From: Marsupella aquatica
Lineage: Eukaryota; Plantae; Marchantiophyta
DNA: 64,000 bases
Assembly: GCA_973895155.1 (NCBI GenBank)
Contig: OZ316891.1
Coordinates: 23,497,899-23,561,898, forward strand
Direction: 5' to 3'
Positions 26,930 through 40,694 of this stretch are shown piece by piece (the first letter of the stretch is position 1; each line of letters begins with the position of its first letter). The notes beneath the pieces are model-generated. The model did no database searches. It was given only the letters and a program-made list of their open reading frames with translations, and had not been told where the DNA came from. The translations under genes and the position numbers were made by a program.

Positions 26930-29900
26930 AATCAATATGTAATGCCTGATATTGGGGTAATATCACGAGCTATGCGAAAACACCTTGTTGAGGCCATGGT
27001 GGCCAACCGTGGGCATGAACCGCAAAGGCAAGAGGATGGGGTACGACATGATGGTGATGATCCTATCCAAGACCATCTTGATGAGGAGAGGGCCATGGAT
27101 GAGCTCATGGACCAATTCTATGATGATCACGATGACATTGGTTTGGAGGACATTGGTTCAACCCATGAAAGGACTAGTCATCCACATCCTTCTAGGGGGT
27201 CCCAAGACAAGCAATGGGAGGAGGCGCAACGTCATGCCCGTACTCGCATATTCAAGGGGAGTAGGTTATCTCGGCTCTCATCAATAATGTTGTTGCTCAA
27301 CTTGCAGCAAAGACATGGGGCAAGCAATCTACTTTTGGATGATGTTTTCCGTACCTTGCATGATCATATTTTGCCAGTAGGCAATGCATTGCCAACCTCT
27401 TGGAAAGAGGCTAAACAGGTGTTGAGGTCCATTGGCCTGAAGTATGAGGTGATACATGCATGTGTGGATGATCGCATTCTTTTTAGGGGTGAGCATGAAA
27501 ATGCCACTACATGTCCTAAATGTCAGAAGCCACGGTACCGTGATGACATGTTGACGGGGAAGGTACCGCAAAAGGTTATGAGGTACTTTCCTCTTATCCC
27601 TCGATTGCGACATCAATTCCGATGTGCAGAGTTGGCTGAGATGATGGTATGGCACTCACAAAATTGTTCTGATATGGCTGTACCCTCTAGTGCCATGCGG
27701 ATGATGGTTGACTCTCCTGCCAATCGATTTGTAGAGGATAGATGGGGAGAGTTCAAAATTGACCCATGACATGTTCGACTAGGCTTGGCAGTAGACGGTA
27801 TCAGCCCTTTTGCATTGACAGGAAAAGCCAAACCATATTCGGTGTGGCCAGTAGTGTTGACAAACTACAACATCCCTCCTTGGATGGCCATGAAGAAAGG
27901 TCACCTACTACTCTCCATGATTATTCCGGGTCCTAAGCAAGTTAAAAAGATTGATGTGTACTTGCAGCCATTGATTGATGAGTTGATACAACTGTGGAGA
28001 GGAGTGGATTGTTATGATGGACGTCACAACACAGGAGGTTTATCCCGCATATTTACTCTAAAGGCCATCCTTATGTGGACCATGCATGATTTACCAGGTA
28101 TGGTAAACCCTTATTTCCTCTAGTACCTAAACCTTGTATTTACTTGCAATTATGCAGATTTTTGCCTTGATGAACCTTATTCTATGAATGTGTTTTCTAT
28201 GCACCGGGCAGGGTTTGGATATGTTTTTGGATTGCAAACATCAGGCTATCGAGCTTGCTCTACATGTGGACCCGATTTGGAGGGGGTGGCCAGGCCCAAG
28301 TCAAGTACTCTGCAAAAAATTGTTTACATTGGTCATACTAAATATCTTCCACCAGACCATCCTTGGAGGAGTGATCCATTCCTTTATGATACTGATGAGG
28401 GCCAACCTGATATTCGTCCTCAACCTTAGCGGAAGGATCCAACATATTGGAGAGAGGTATGGGGGAGAGTTCAGGATCCGAGTGATCCATTACCATTATT
28501 CAGATGTGGCATGACCCGTTTGTCTGCATTGTCACAATTGCCATATTGGTCAGATATGCCCCAGGCCCTATGCACATTGAGGGGAATGTGGGGAAATCAT
28601 TGATTCGCCATCTATATGGGGAGAAAATTAACAATTGGAGAGAAAGTTGTGAGGAGATGGGGATGCATGGTCTTTTGGGTTTTTGGCCATCTTTGGACCC
28701 CCTGGTGCTCCCCCTAGCATCCATCCTCCTTGGGTTTTGACAAGGGCAGAGCGCATTGAGTTTCATAGACGTATTGGGTTGATGAGGTTTCCCATAGGTT
28801 ATGGTACCAATCTTCGGAAGGCATTTGGGGGGGAGGATTCTCCAAAATGGCCATCTTTCTTGAAGACACATGATTATCATCGGTTGCTTGAACATGTTCT
28901 TCTAGTTGCTATTATTGGATTGGGTAGTGAGGAACTTCGTGATGCCCTTTGGTCATTGGGTAAGCTCTTAAGATGGGTATGTCAAAAGGAGGTACAGGAG
29001 TCCAATGACATTGCTGCTATGGAGATATTTGGAGTAGAGGTTGTCTGCAAGTTGGAGAAGGCACTCCCTCCCTCATTCTTTGATGGTCAGGTTCATTTCC
29101 TCATACATTTAGTGCGCGAGGTTGCAATTGCAGGCCCAGTTAATTGTCGATGGATGTATTGGGTAGAGCGTTATATGGGGGTGATGAAGTCATATGTCTT
29201 TAATCGCGCTAGGGTGGAAGGTAGCATTGCGGAGCGTCATCTTGGAGCAGAGAGTATGTTTTACTGTACAAACATAGTTGCCACACTAGATCCTAGTGCT
29301 CCTAGGGGATGGATAGATGAGGCGGCACGAGAGGCTGACTACGAGGATGATAGACTCACTGGGGCATCTGGAGAGCGTCTCATAGGCTCAGCAGAGCGTT
29401 TACAGCTCACAACATTTATGTTGTATAACTCACCCGAGGTTGTGGGGGAGTGGACAACATTTTATGAGGAGGAGAAGCAAAACAGTCGACGCCCACGGTT
29501 ATTTCCCGAGTTTCACCCATACATGAAGGAGAAGTTGTTAGAAGTGGATGCCCTGGTGGGTACCGGGGAGAGTGTATTACACTACCCAAATGTGACAGAT
29601 AAACTTCGTACCTTGGTTCATGGTCCACTACTTATAGTCACGACTCGGACTGCCATGTGGTCAAAGGGGAGACATTTTTGTGTGGAACAACTTGATGAGA
29701 AGAGGGCAGCTACACAGGATTGTGGGGTGATGGGTTGGTTCACCCAAGATTCCCAGAGTAGCATGTCAGACATGAATCCCATTCGCTCCACCGTGGCCCA
29801 TTATGGGAAGATTGAGGAGATCCTAACAGTGAAGTACCATGCACATACTACTTTGGAGGAAGTGGTATTCAAGTGCAAATGGTTCAAGATGAATCTTGTA

Positions 29901-30161
29901 GGCCACAATTGTACTTGTGAAGATGATGCATGCGGTTTTACTTGTTTGAAGACATCCGCAAATAGTGTCATCAGTTCCAACTGGAGGTCCTCAGATCCCT
30001 TTGCCTTCCCACATCACCTTGAGCAATGATTTTACCTACCCTATCCCAATGACCCCGAGTGGTCCATTGTCATGCCGTATATTCCCAGATCACGGTCCAT
30101 AGTCCAAGAGAGACCCAACGTAGTTGTAGTGGAAGATAGAGACATACCCCCCACGAGTTAG
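26930..30161 (+). pseudogene. CACTA Tnp2/TnpD transposase (Transposase_21, DUF4218- and DUF4216-like regions)
   Basis: CPKCQKPRY, YFPLIPRL, GLAVDGISPF, YSVWPVVLTNYNIPPW, WTMHDLPG, PPSFFD, RWMYWVERYM, EGSIAE. Intron 28098-28211; several stops and frameshifts. Confidence 0.92.
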
Positions 30162-30834
30162 TATAAATTGTAGACCCCACCATCTTCATGTATATTTTTA
30201 CCGGCACTATCTTTTTATCGGCATTCTACAATTTTTCTCATTGTCCACAATTTCATGTAGTATACATATCTATTGCTTAAAGTATGCCCCATATCTGAAT
30301 CCATTAATTCCATGCAACCTATACATTGTAAAACACTAAAGTCCCATATGTCCCATTCAAATACCATCGGAAACATATCGGACACACATCAGTACTGCCA
30401 AAGCAAAAAACCCCTTCCCATCCTCAAAGTATTGGATTTTCCGATACTATAACAATTGGAAGCCACTATCCGATACTCCACAGATCGGACACTTAAGCCC
30501 GAGGCCGAGGAGGGGTCTGATAGCAATTTCAACGGATAGTGACCGATACCTCAACCTTTGCAAATGATTTCCGTTGTAACTAGTATCGCAAAAATATGTC
30601 CGATAACACTTGTATCGGTAAATGTCCGAAACCAAACCTATCGGAATTAGCTTTCGATACTATTATTATCGAACGTCTAAAAAACATGTCGGCTCTCAAT
30701 TTGCGATACAGGATGTTTCGGACATTGTCCGATATGATGGGTATTGGATAAAGTTTTCGATACAAAACATATCGGATAATAATGTCCGATTTTGGTAGTA
30801 TCGGAAGTATTTTGAAGATCGCTCCACAGCGGTG

Positions 30835-32512
30835 AGTAGTTTTTAATGGTAACTCAGCATTGGGTAACCATAAATTAATGAAAAGGAAATGATTAACAAA
30901 ACACAAGGAAAAATATCTCAAAGTACGCTAAGGGAGTCTGGAATTTTCCAAGGTTACTCCTTAAACATAAGTCAAAATGAAAAGACTTAAGGATTCAAAT
31001 CCATATTGCTTCTCAGATCTAAACTGCTTACTAGAGTACTCTTTTAAAGTGCCGTCAACATGTCTTATCCTTTCTTTCTAAGTGGTACTCAGATAAGATC
31101 TAAAAGGTAGCTACTTCAATATTTAGATGGTACTGAGCAACATGAAAGAAAATCCATCAATTTCATTAAGACATAAACTCAATGAGTTAACTTTAAGAAC
31201 TCAAGAGATTGTAATGAATCACCAAAAAGGAATCTATCATCACAACTCAAAAGATTTGCACAAAAGGAATTTTACTTCCTGTGTTTATAATCATAGGTAA
31301 AAACACAAGAAGGAGGTAAGTCTCTCCAAATGTTAAACCTGATCTCGAACTCATAGATTCATGATCAACTAGTTTAACACAAGGAGAAGGCAAAAATGCA
31401 TAACTTAACCATAAACTACACTAGTGGTGGAGGGGTCTTATAGTAAAAATCTACAGAGTAAGAGGTCAAAAGTCGAAGAGACATGCCTCTTCATACTCCT
31501 CAAAAAGTTAAAATGACGATTCAATAAGTGAAAAGCCGAAAATCTGGCTAAGTCTGAACTCGTAAACTAGTAAACTAGTAAAAGTTGTGAACTAGTAAAC
31601 TCTTAAACTCGTAAAAGTCTAACTAAGTTGTAACTCGTAATTGTAACAGAAGTAAAAACTTGGCAAATTCAACTATTTTTAACTTCTTACTCGTAGCTCA
31701 GAAAAGCCTCAAATTTTTCCAGAAGGCTTTCCTAAGTACAGACTACATGCTAAAGAAGTATGACAGCTTTTAAAGCTCTAGAACACATTTCGAAAAATAG
31801 GAAAAGATGCACTACTCTTAAAACTAACTAAATCACTTAAGACTACTCTTCAAGCTTGCTGTCGGATGTCCTCTGGTTCTAGTAACTCCACAAGAGTAAC
31901 AGTTCGATTCTGGGTAACCTCTATCAACTCAGCTTGGCGTGGGGATCCTCTGGAGTAAGGTAGGCACCTCAATTGTCTCTCATGATACATCAAAGGCATT
32001 CTCTTCATCAAATAACATGAATCTATACGAAGAGCTTCTTTGTAAATTCCAATCACATCATAGTGATTGCAGGTAGCAGCATGAACTTGGGGATAATAGT
32101 ATAGGAATTCATCAGAGTTCAGCATCCTGGAATAGAAAGGTTGAAGCCTCCATTTGACATCTCTGAAATACCGATTGAATTCTGTAAGAGTCTGAGAGGT
32201 AAGGTGGAAGAGAAGTCAGTAATGAACGCTTATGTCCTGCATTCCTTCCCTTTCAAGGTGAGCTCTTCATCCATTGGGGAGTCCTGTTGAACTAGTCGTA
32301 AGATGTCACAATCACAGGGTCGCCAACTCTTAAGGTGTAACTCGTAAAGCAGTGAACTAGTAAACTCGTAAACTGAGTTTACTCGTAACTTAGGAACTTA
32401 GTAACTTTGAATGTTGTTTCAATTACAGTTAGCAATAATTGCAGTCTAAACACCGTAAAAAATTAAAAGAAATTCAGTTTCTTCATGCTTTTGGAATTAC
32501 CCACTACTTACA
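30835..32512. repeat. AT-rich probable LTR/TE fragment with AACTCGTAA/AACTAGTAA repeats
   Basis: Motif clusters at ~31555-31640 and ~32338-32395. Ends ...cttaca at the junction with gypsy-2-family sequence. Confidence 0.35.
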
Positions 32513-34749
32513 AACACATTAGTATAGTAACAAAAACAAGGAACATATAAACAATTAAGGGTGACTATGGAACCCGGGCCGTGGCCGGAGGTAAGGACGC
32601 CAGGGGAGAGAACACGATTAGGGTTAGGGCGCGCTAAGCATTGGCGGCTAGGGATAACCAACGGGAGGAAAGATCAGAGGAGGAGAGGGGTAAGGACCGC
32701 TCATGAGGAATGGTGGCTCATTTGCAAGCACAAACTGGGCAGATGACTACGGAAGGCCAACTACTGTCAGCTGCTTAGGCAAGCACTCTGGGCGGAAGCA
32801 GATACCAACGATCGAGTCAAGGAGGTATGAGCAACGTCAATCAAGCGGCACATTTTTGGGGATGCCTGTTCAAACGGGCAACTGAGTACATTAGGAATTA
32901 CGAGGATGAAGAATCAGAGAGAGCAGCTCGAGAACGGCAGGAGCTTGCTCGACTGTGGGAGCTGCAGAGGTCTACCTTCTTAGGAGAACTCATCAAGGCT
33001 GAGTTCTTGTGGACTCCTACTGCCAATCAGCTCAATGACCTTCTGTTTTGCAAAGACAGAATCGTCGGCATTCGGGAAGCCATCAACCGCTGCAACGATG
33101 CGCACTGGGAGTTGAAGGGTAGCACGGAGGGGTGGACAAAGGCAACTGTGCTAGGAGAAACATCCACGGCAGCCGAGATGAAGAGGAAAGGAAACAACAA
33201 CCAAGAGGCCACCCCGGTAAAAAGAACAAGGTCGGCGGCACCAAGGAAGCCAGCAAAGCAGCAGAACAAGAGGCAGGGAGAAGCCGAAGAGGAGGAGGTC
33301 GATCCCATCAATGCCATTCCAACAAAGGATGACACCTGGAAAGGCTGGGCGGTGACCCTACCAGAGGAGGTGCAATTACATTTTGCACAGGAGGAGGATG
33401 CATGCTTTACGGCCATGCAGACCAAGAAGTACCAGGGCTTCATGGCCGGATCCGGCTTGGAAGCCTTCGTAAGGTTACCACGGCTGAAGCCGGAGATGCC
33501 GGACTCAGACTTATTAGAATTTGTGGGATCATGGGAACCCGAGACCAATTCCATGAGGGTGTATGGGAAAGATTTCTATCTCACTCCCCGGGTGATTGCT
33601 GAGGTGTTTGGCTTGCCGATGGGTAATAAGACCAAGGTTGATACCAGGAAGACCTTACCTGACAAGGAGTTTTGGTCATTCCCAGGACCATCAACAAAAA
33701 ATGGTTTCTTCCGGAACACCTGCACCAACCCGCACATCGGAGAGATGATCGATTTCTTGCAGGTGACCATGCATTGTAACTTGCCGAGGGCAGAGATTGG
33801 CAAGGCTCAGGTCTACCTGGCAAAAAGGCCAGACCCAAGCCGGGATTACAACGGGTACCTCCTCAACCAACTGAAGAAGATCTTGAAGGAGGAACAACAT
33901 GTGATCGGCATGGGAAGCGTGTCCCGGCTTGGCTATCACATGCCGCTGTTGTGCCGGTATGCCAGAAGTCAAATCTTTGCCCCAAAACTTCCCCTATCGG
34001 CAAGGGCACCGGAGGAGGTTCCGGAGTAGAGGCCGGCAACAGAAGAGCCCAACCAGCTTGCCAGTCCTACGATTGAGCAGGTGTTTTGGCCAAGGAAAGA
34101 AGACTTGCCAATGCAGCAATCAGGCATACAGAATCTGCTGAAATTGCTGGAGAAGGAGAGAACGGCACCGGTACAGGACACTACCCCAGAGGCCGGCTTA
34201 AGCCAACTTAGGAGGGAAAACCCCTTTACCGGAGCCAACGAGAGAAGGAGGCCGGAACACAAGCCGGGAGTTTGAATGTATGTGGGAGCTTCAAGCCCCG
34301 AATTGGAGGCAGAGCAGCCTAAGGCTCCTTCCCACGGAAAGCACAGGGAGAGGACAGCCTGGAAACCAGAGGAGGAACAAGAGCCCGTGATCTATGAGGC
34401 TGTTTTCACGGTAGGACCAGGGGAACAGAGGGGGAAGCCGGGAGTCCAAGCAATGGAGGAGGCGGTGGAGGACTACAGCAATGATAACTCCGGCTATGGG
34501 TCGGATCATCATGTTCCAGGAGTAAGGACCTGTGGCCGGTTTATCTCCACGCTTCCAAGAGTAGTTTGAGGGGACCCCACCTAGTAGAGTAGCCCCGAGT
34601 CTCCCCCACCAGAGGTTGCTCCCCCGAGCTTTGACGGCATAAAGTAGACGGCACAAGATTTTCAGGAGCGACTTAGGGAGGAAGAGAAAGCAGCCCTGGC
34701 TAGGGAGAAAGATTTACTAGGAGGAGATTGGCCGGAGGACATTAGGCGG
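32513..34749 (+). mobile_element. gypsy-2 family internal fragment (extra-ORF region)
   Basis: Colinear with ~17614-19857. ORF 32827-34029 (400 aa) is paralogous to 17929-19430. Confidence 0.9.
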
Positions 34750-37700
34750 TGTGGTGCGTCCCATGGCTCCCCAAACCCAAGAAAACCCCTTTGCTCAAGC
34801 CGATTCCCGCAGGTTTTGTCCTTGGCGAGGCCGTTTCCGTGGCTTAGCGGCATGGGACGCTGCTAACTCTCCTTCAACTACTATTAACATTTTACACACA
34901 TATATTAGACAGATCCTTCATCGGGTCATGAGATACTTAGTCGGCCTATTCTAGGCTCTCCCTTGTATTCCTCTCCTGGTCTTCCATTAGGTATGTTTGG
35001 ATTCCACCGCCGAAATGATCCCCAATTGGCTTGGTTAAGCCGCTAAGACCTCTCTCAGCTCGACACATCCAACTCTCACTCCCTTGCTACTTCCCTTCAT
35101 TGTTGTGGGCACTGTTCACACAAGTTAATGCGACGCACAAATAGCAAAATGACTCCTTCTGACTGAGTTATACCATGCACTTGCCATACAAACAGTACAT
35201 CTCATACACAAGCTCTGCAAACTAAGCCATGAGGCCAACTCTATTCAGTTCTTAGGCATGAGGAAACATGAATATACACAAGGGTCACTGTATAACTGAC
35301 CGAGAGCTTCTCTTACTACTTGATCCCAGCCCTGCTGGTGCAACTAAAAACTTGCTAAAGAAGAGGCCCTGGACTCCCCGTTGGTATTTATCCTGGCAGC
35401 GGATCTGTCCAAAACTTTGTTACGTAAGCTTAATCTATCCTACCTGTAATCTACCTAACTGTATAGCGAGGCAGGAGCACAAGTGTTGCTCCTACTAGTG
35501 GATCCGTCATCCCACTAATCTAAGTGTCAGGGCCGTCTCTTGGTCTTGATCCTAATCCTAAACTTGGAGATCTGAGCCCGCCCTGCCCACTCACGCCTCC
35601 TACCTCCACGTCCGCCCTTCCTTAAAGGAACGGCGCCCTTGCACCATCATGACACCGGTGGTGGATCCTCAATGGACGCCCCCAACGCTTCCCCCGCAGC
35701 CACTGCCGTTGGTCTGTCCTCTGACAGATTACCTGCCCTGGACCGAGTCAACTCTTCATCGGCTTGACTGGGTCCACCCTCGGCTTTGGCCTCTCCAGCA
35801 TGTTCTAGTGGAGGATCCGGTATCTTGGCTTCATCAATAGCTGTCCCGGCCTCGGCCTTGCCATCCCCACCTTCTTCAACAGGTGGATCTACTACCATAA
35901 TCATGCCGGAGGTTGGTGCCGGGTTGACCTCTTGGGTCACAACGGCTTGGTAAGCCGTATAACTCCCAGACCCAAAAGGTTTCCGCTTCTTTTTCTTCCC
36001 TATTTTGGTAGCTGGTCCCTTCCCCTTGCTACCTACCTCCGGCACCGGGGCGAGTGTCTCGGCTTGTCTTTCGGCCAGTACCCCTCCTGGTAACGGAGTT
36101 CCCTCAATTGGAGTTGGACCAGATGAAGCTAAGCACTTAAGTACTACGGCCTATTTCTTTAGCTGCTCCGTTTGGTTGTCGGCCCGCCGCTGTAAGTTCT
36201 CCGTCTTCCTGGTGGTTTCCTCCAACTCCTCCTGGGCTTCCTCCAGGTCCTTCCATCCCTCCTGCAGCTCCTTTCTCGCTTCTTCCAATTCCAATTTTAA
36301 GGTAGCCCTCTCCTCTTGGGTTGCTCTTAGCTCCTTGTCGAGCTCTGCTACGACCTCAGACTCCATCTTATTCATCTTGGCATAAGTCTGGTCGAGTTGG
36401 TCATCCTTCTCATGCAGGTCGGCCTTGAAGCTGGCCGTTAGGGACGCAAGCTCCTGCTACAGTGCAATAATCCCTTGATAGGATTTCCCTAACTCGGCCT
36501 CCTTCTGCTCAAGGGCTCCGCAGATATCTTTGAGCCCTCCTTTCAATGCCCTCTCCCTTCTCTGAGTCTCCCCCATGGCCCGGTTGTTGGCTGTTATGTG
36601 GGCCTCCTCTGTGTCCCTCAGCTTCAGCTTCCACTTTTCCCTGTCCTTGACCACGCTGGCCAACTCTCCTTGGGTCCGAGTTAGTTTATCTTTGATAATC
36701 TGATTGCCAGACTGAGCGGCATCCGATTGTCCTTGCATGATGTTTAGCTCATGTCGCTTAATCTGCAACTCATCTTGGGCTTTCTTAGCCGCCTGCAGGT
36801 CTTTCACCTCGGCTTCCATCTCCCTATGCCATCGGATGACCTTGTCCTTCTTGCTTCTCTCCAAAGCTACCGCTTCTTCTAATTGGTGCTTCTCCAACAT
36901 CTCCCTCTAGAAAAAAGGTCCCTACTCCAACTCCTCCCCAAAGATGCTGAGCGCCAGGTCCCCACACATCTCCCCGTACTCCATGGCTCTATCTTTAGCA
37001 TAGGTGGAGTAAGTAGAAGTCATCGGCATCAACCACCTCGGCCTCTGTTCCCAAGCCGCCTTGCGGATTTCTTCTACGGTGGCAAGAGGGTTGCTTCTTT
37101 TTTTGGCAAGCCGCCTGATGTCCCTCGGCCAATCTCCTCTTGGTAAATCTTTCTCCCTAGCGAGGGTTGCTTTCTCTTCCTCCCTAAGTCGCTCCTGAAA
37201 TTCTTGTGCCGTCTCCTTTATGCCGTCAAAGCTTGGGGGAGCAACCTCTGGTGGGGGAGACTCGGGGCTACACTGCTGGGTGGGGTCCCCTCAAACTACT
37301 CTTGGAAGGGTGGGGATAAATCGGCCACAGGTCCTTACTCCTAGAACATGATGATCCGACCCATAGCCGGAGTTATCATTGCTGTAGTCCTCCACCACCT
37401 CCTCCACTGCTTGGACTCCCGGCTTCCCCCTCTATTCCCTTAGTCCTGCCGTGAAAATGGCCTCATAGATCATGAGCTCTTGTTCCTCCTCTGGTTTCCA
37501 GGCTGTCCTCTCCCTGTGCTTTCCGCGGGAAGGAGCCTTAGGCTGCTCTGCCTCCGATTCGGGGCTTGAAGCTCCCACATACATTCGAAATCCCGGCTTG
37601 TGTTCCGGCCTCCTTCTCTCGTTGGCTCCGGTAAAGGGGTTTTCCCTCCTAAGTTGGCTTGAACCGGCCTCTGGGGTAGTGTCCTGTACCGGTGCCGTTC

Positions 37701-38272
37701 TCTCCTTCTCCAGCAATTTCAGCAGATTTTGCATGCCTAATTGCTGCATTGGCAAGTCTTCTTTCCTTGGCCAAAACACCTGCTCAATCGTAGGACTGGC
37801 AGGCTGGTTGGGCTCTTCTGTTGCCGTCCTCTGCTCCGGAACCTCCTCCGGTGCCCTTGCCGATAGGGGAAGTACTGGGGCAAAGATTTGACTTCTGGCA
37901 TACCGGCACAATAGTGGCATGTGATAGCCAAGCCGGGACACGCTTCCCATGCCGATCACATGTTGTTCCTCCTTCAAGATCTTCTTCAGTTGGTTGAGGA
38001 GGTACCCATTGTAATCCCGGCTTGGGTCTGGCCTTTCTGCCAGGTAGACCTGAGCCTTGCCGATCTCTGCCCTCGGCAAGTTACAATGCATGGTCACCTG
38101 CAAGAAATCAATCATCTCTCCGATGTGCGGGTTGGTGCAGGTGTTCCGGAAGAAGCCATTCTTCGCTGATGGTCCTGGGAATGACCGGAACTCCTTGTCA
38201 GGTAAGGTCTTCCTGGTATCAACCTTGGTCTTATTACCCATCGGCAAGCCAAACACCTCGGCAATCACCCGG
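34750..38272 (-). mobile_element. gypsy-2 family 3' part in inverted orientation, including LTR 34750-35067
   Basis: Reverse complement of ~18692-22228. ORFs 37432-38268, 36457-36900 and 35647-36045 are paralogous to the extra ORFs. Confidence 0.9.
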
Positions 38273-39990
38273 TGTCCGGGGAACCGTTTGAAGCGGTCTG
38301 AAAACTAGTTTCTATAGTTTCTTAGGGACTGATTTGAGAATAAGTGTAAATCACTTTCTAAATACTTAATCTTTTATCAAATCTCATTTACTAGTTTCAT
38401 CTAAGTTTCTAACACTTGAGCATTTTAAAAACAAGTTTAAACATAAGTTCTTTTAAGAATCTTACACTTTTTTGTTTATTTTTATTGTATTTTTATGTTT
38501 ACCCTAATTTTTAACCACTAGTTTCTAAAGTTTCTCTAAGTTCATTCTTGTTTTAAATCTAATACATAATCCTTCCTTAAGTTTAGTTCAAATGAAAAAC
38601 TTTTGAATAAATTCTTTCCATCCATTTCATTTTTAAATTCAGGAGTTGCAATCAATTTTAATGGATAAACCACTCATTTATTTCTTAGGTTTGAAGTTAC
38701 ATGGGTTTTTGGCTGTCTCAAACTCTAGATTCTCAACGTCACTTCAGCTCAGGTCAGTCTCAGTTCATTAGGTCAGTCGTCAATTGTTTTGCTCAAACAT
38801 TTGCTACAGAGCCTCATTCGCTGACGAGCCTCCCTTTCGTCTTCATTTCTTTTCTTTTCTTCCCGGGTCTCTCCTTCAAGCCCTCCTTTCCTCCTCGTCT
38901 CAACTTTCCAATCCCATAAAAGGAAAAACCTTTGTCCAACTTCCCCTTCACCATCCATTCTTATTCCAAAACAGAGCGCCGATCTACTTCCTACTCCTTA
39001 GTTTAAACTAAATCATAAACAATTCTTGTTTTAATTCTCTTAATGCTCGGTCTATTCCTTCCTGGAAATTAAATCCGAACTATCTTAGGCTTCAGGTCAT
39101 TGTACTTCCATGGGAAACTGGTCTCAAGTCATTTTTTCCATTTTTCCACTTCAATGTTTAGCCTTCATTGCCATTCTCCTTTATTTTCCAAGTCATCCAA
39201 CGCAACATCTCCAGAATCCTTCCTGGAACTTTATCTTCATTTTTATCTTAGTAACATGGCATCGAAGTAGTCATCCCTTAGATCAAAACTACTTCTTCTC
39301 GTTCCTCTTAACTCAGCCGACTCCTCTCTCTCACTTGAGACTTTCGCAGCTATAATGCCTCCTTAAGTCACTATCAACTTTTCATTTCTTTACTGCAAAT
39401 CAATCTTCTTTCTGGATTTTCCCTCAACGCTTTATCTTCTTTTGCCGTTCGTTCAATCTCACGTTTTTATTTTTCTTTGCCATCTTTGCACTGTCGCTTC
39501 TCTGCTCTTCTCAGATCGCCTTACTCATTGTAATTCTGTTTCCAGCACCAGTTCCTCTCTCGCATCCGCCATAGCCTTAGACTCTTCACTTGTAAATTTC
39601 CTCTATCCACAATCACGTCATCCTGCGCTATTCGCCTTGCTCACTGGTTCTCTTTGTCTTCACCATAGCCTTGAATCTTCACGATCAATTTTCCCCTTTT
39701 CTCCAAATTTGCGCGCGATGCCCTTTTTTAGTTCCTCCATTCTTCTCTATCCCCGCACATTACTCCGCTATCTCTCTACCTCTAATTTTCACTTTCAAAA
39801 TTGTTTTCCCGTGCTCCTCCGACTGCTGTGCACTGCGCTCCAAACCACTCTAATCAAATGACCTCTCTAGTCTGTGCCTGCCTTATCCTTGTACATACGT
39901 TCATTCGTTTCAGTTCTTCTCTTCCTACTAAAGCTTCAGATCACCCCCTTGAAAACAAACCTTGTCGCTCTTCTTCGCCCCTCCTACAAG
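38273..39990. other. unclassified pyrimidine-rich segment, possibly an LTR start
   Basis: Begins TGT exactly where gypsy homology stops. No credible ORF. Serves as the target of MULE B. Confidence 0.25.
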
Positions 39991-40694
39991 GGGTATAACA
40001 ACGGTGACACGAAACAGGTAACAAAATTCCTGTTATCAGATAACTCTTAACTGGTAACAGGAAAGTCTTATGGTAAAAGTGTACTTTTTGGCTAAGTTTG
40101 CAAAAAATTAACGTCATTTTCCACCACATCATCAAGTTGAACGTCTTGTTAGTGCCAAATGTGACAAGGTCAGATATAAGCCAAGGGTGTGGTCACAGCT
40201 GCAAAGAGAGGTTCCAAACCGAGTGTCCATTTGTTCTACATGAATAATGTTGTCACTGAATATCCCTGCTATTTAGATACAGCATCATTTCAGAACAGTC
40301 CAGTTCAGAAAGCGCAGTTTGGCCTATGAGAAGGAAAAATAAAATCCATGCAGGGATGGAGTAATTTAGGGTGGGACCCACCCTAAATCCAGTTATAGGC
40401 TTAAACAACCAATCGGCGAAGAAGGGTTCTGGAGTTTGCAATATTGGAGCCGGACAGAGTGTGAAAACTAGCGCCCGGCGCTAACAAAGCTTTAACAGGG
40501 ACAAAAGTTTAAGTTAAGGGACAACGACATGACAATAACCAGATCAAATTCAAAACTTTGAAATATTAATGTTCTAGAACCAGCGCCAGGCGCTAACCAA
40601 AAGCAAGAAAAAACAAGTGTAATATCCGTTGACTACAAACAAAAACCATAGTATCCATTACAAAAAACGACAGTCTCTAGAATGTCGTGTTACT

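Larger units (their letters stand above)
22229..30834 (+). mobile_element. CACTA/EnSpm-like DNA transposon (left part displaced by gypsy-2)
   Basis: Tnp2-type transposase, a divergent second ORF, dense ATCGGA/TCCGAT subterminal repeats at 30366-30805, and terminus ...cagcggtg (CACCG on the minus strand). Confidence 0.85.

Noticed and set aside
39990-40000. ggggtataaca as the CA end of an LTR spanning 38273-40000
   Set aside because: There is no TSD or matching inverted end, and the sequence aligns better with the left terminus of MULE A.
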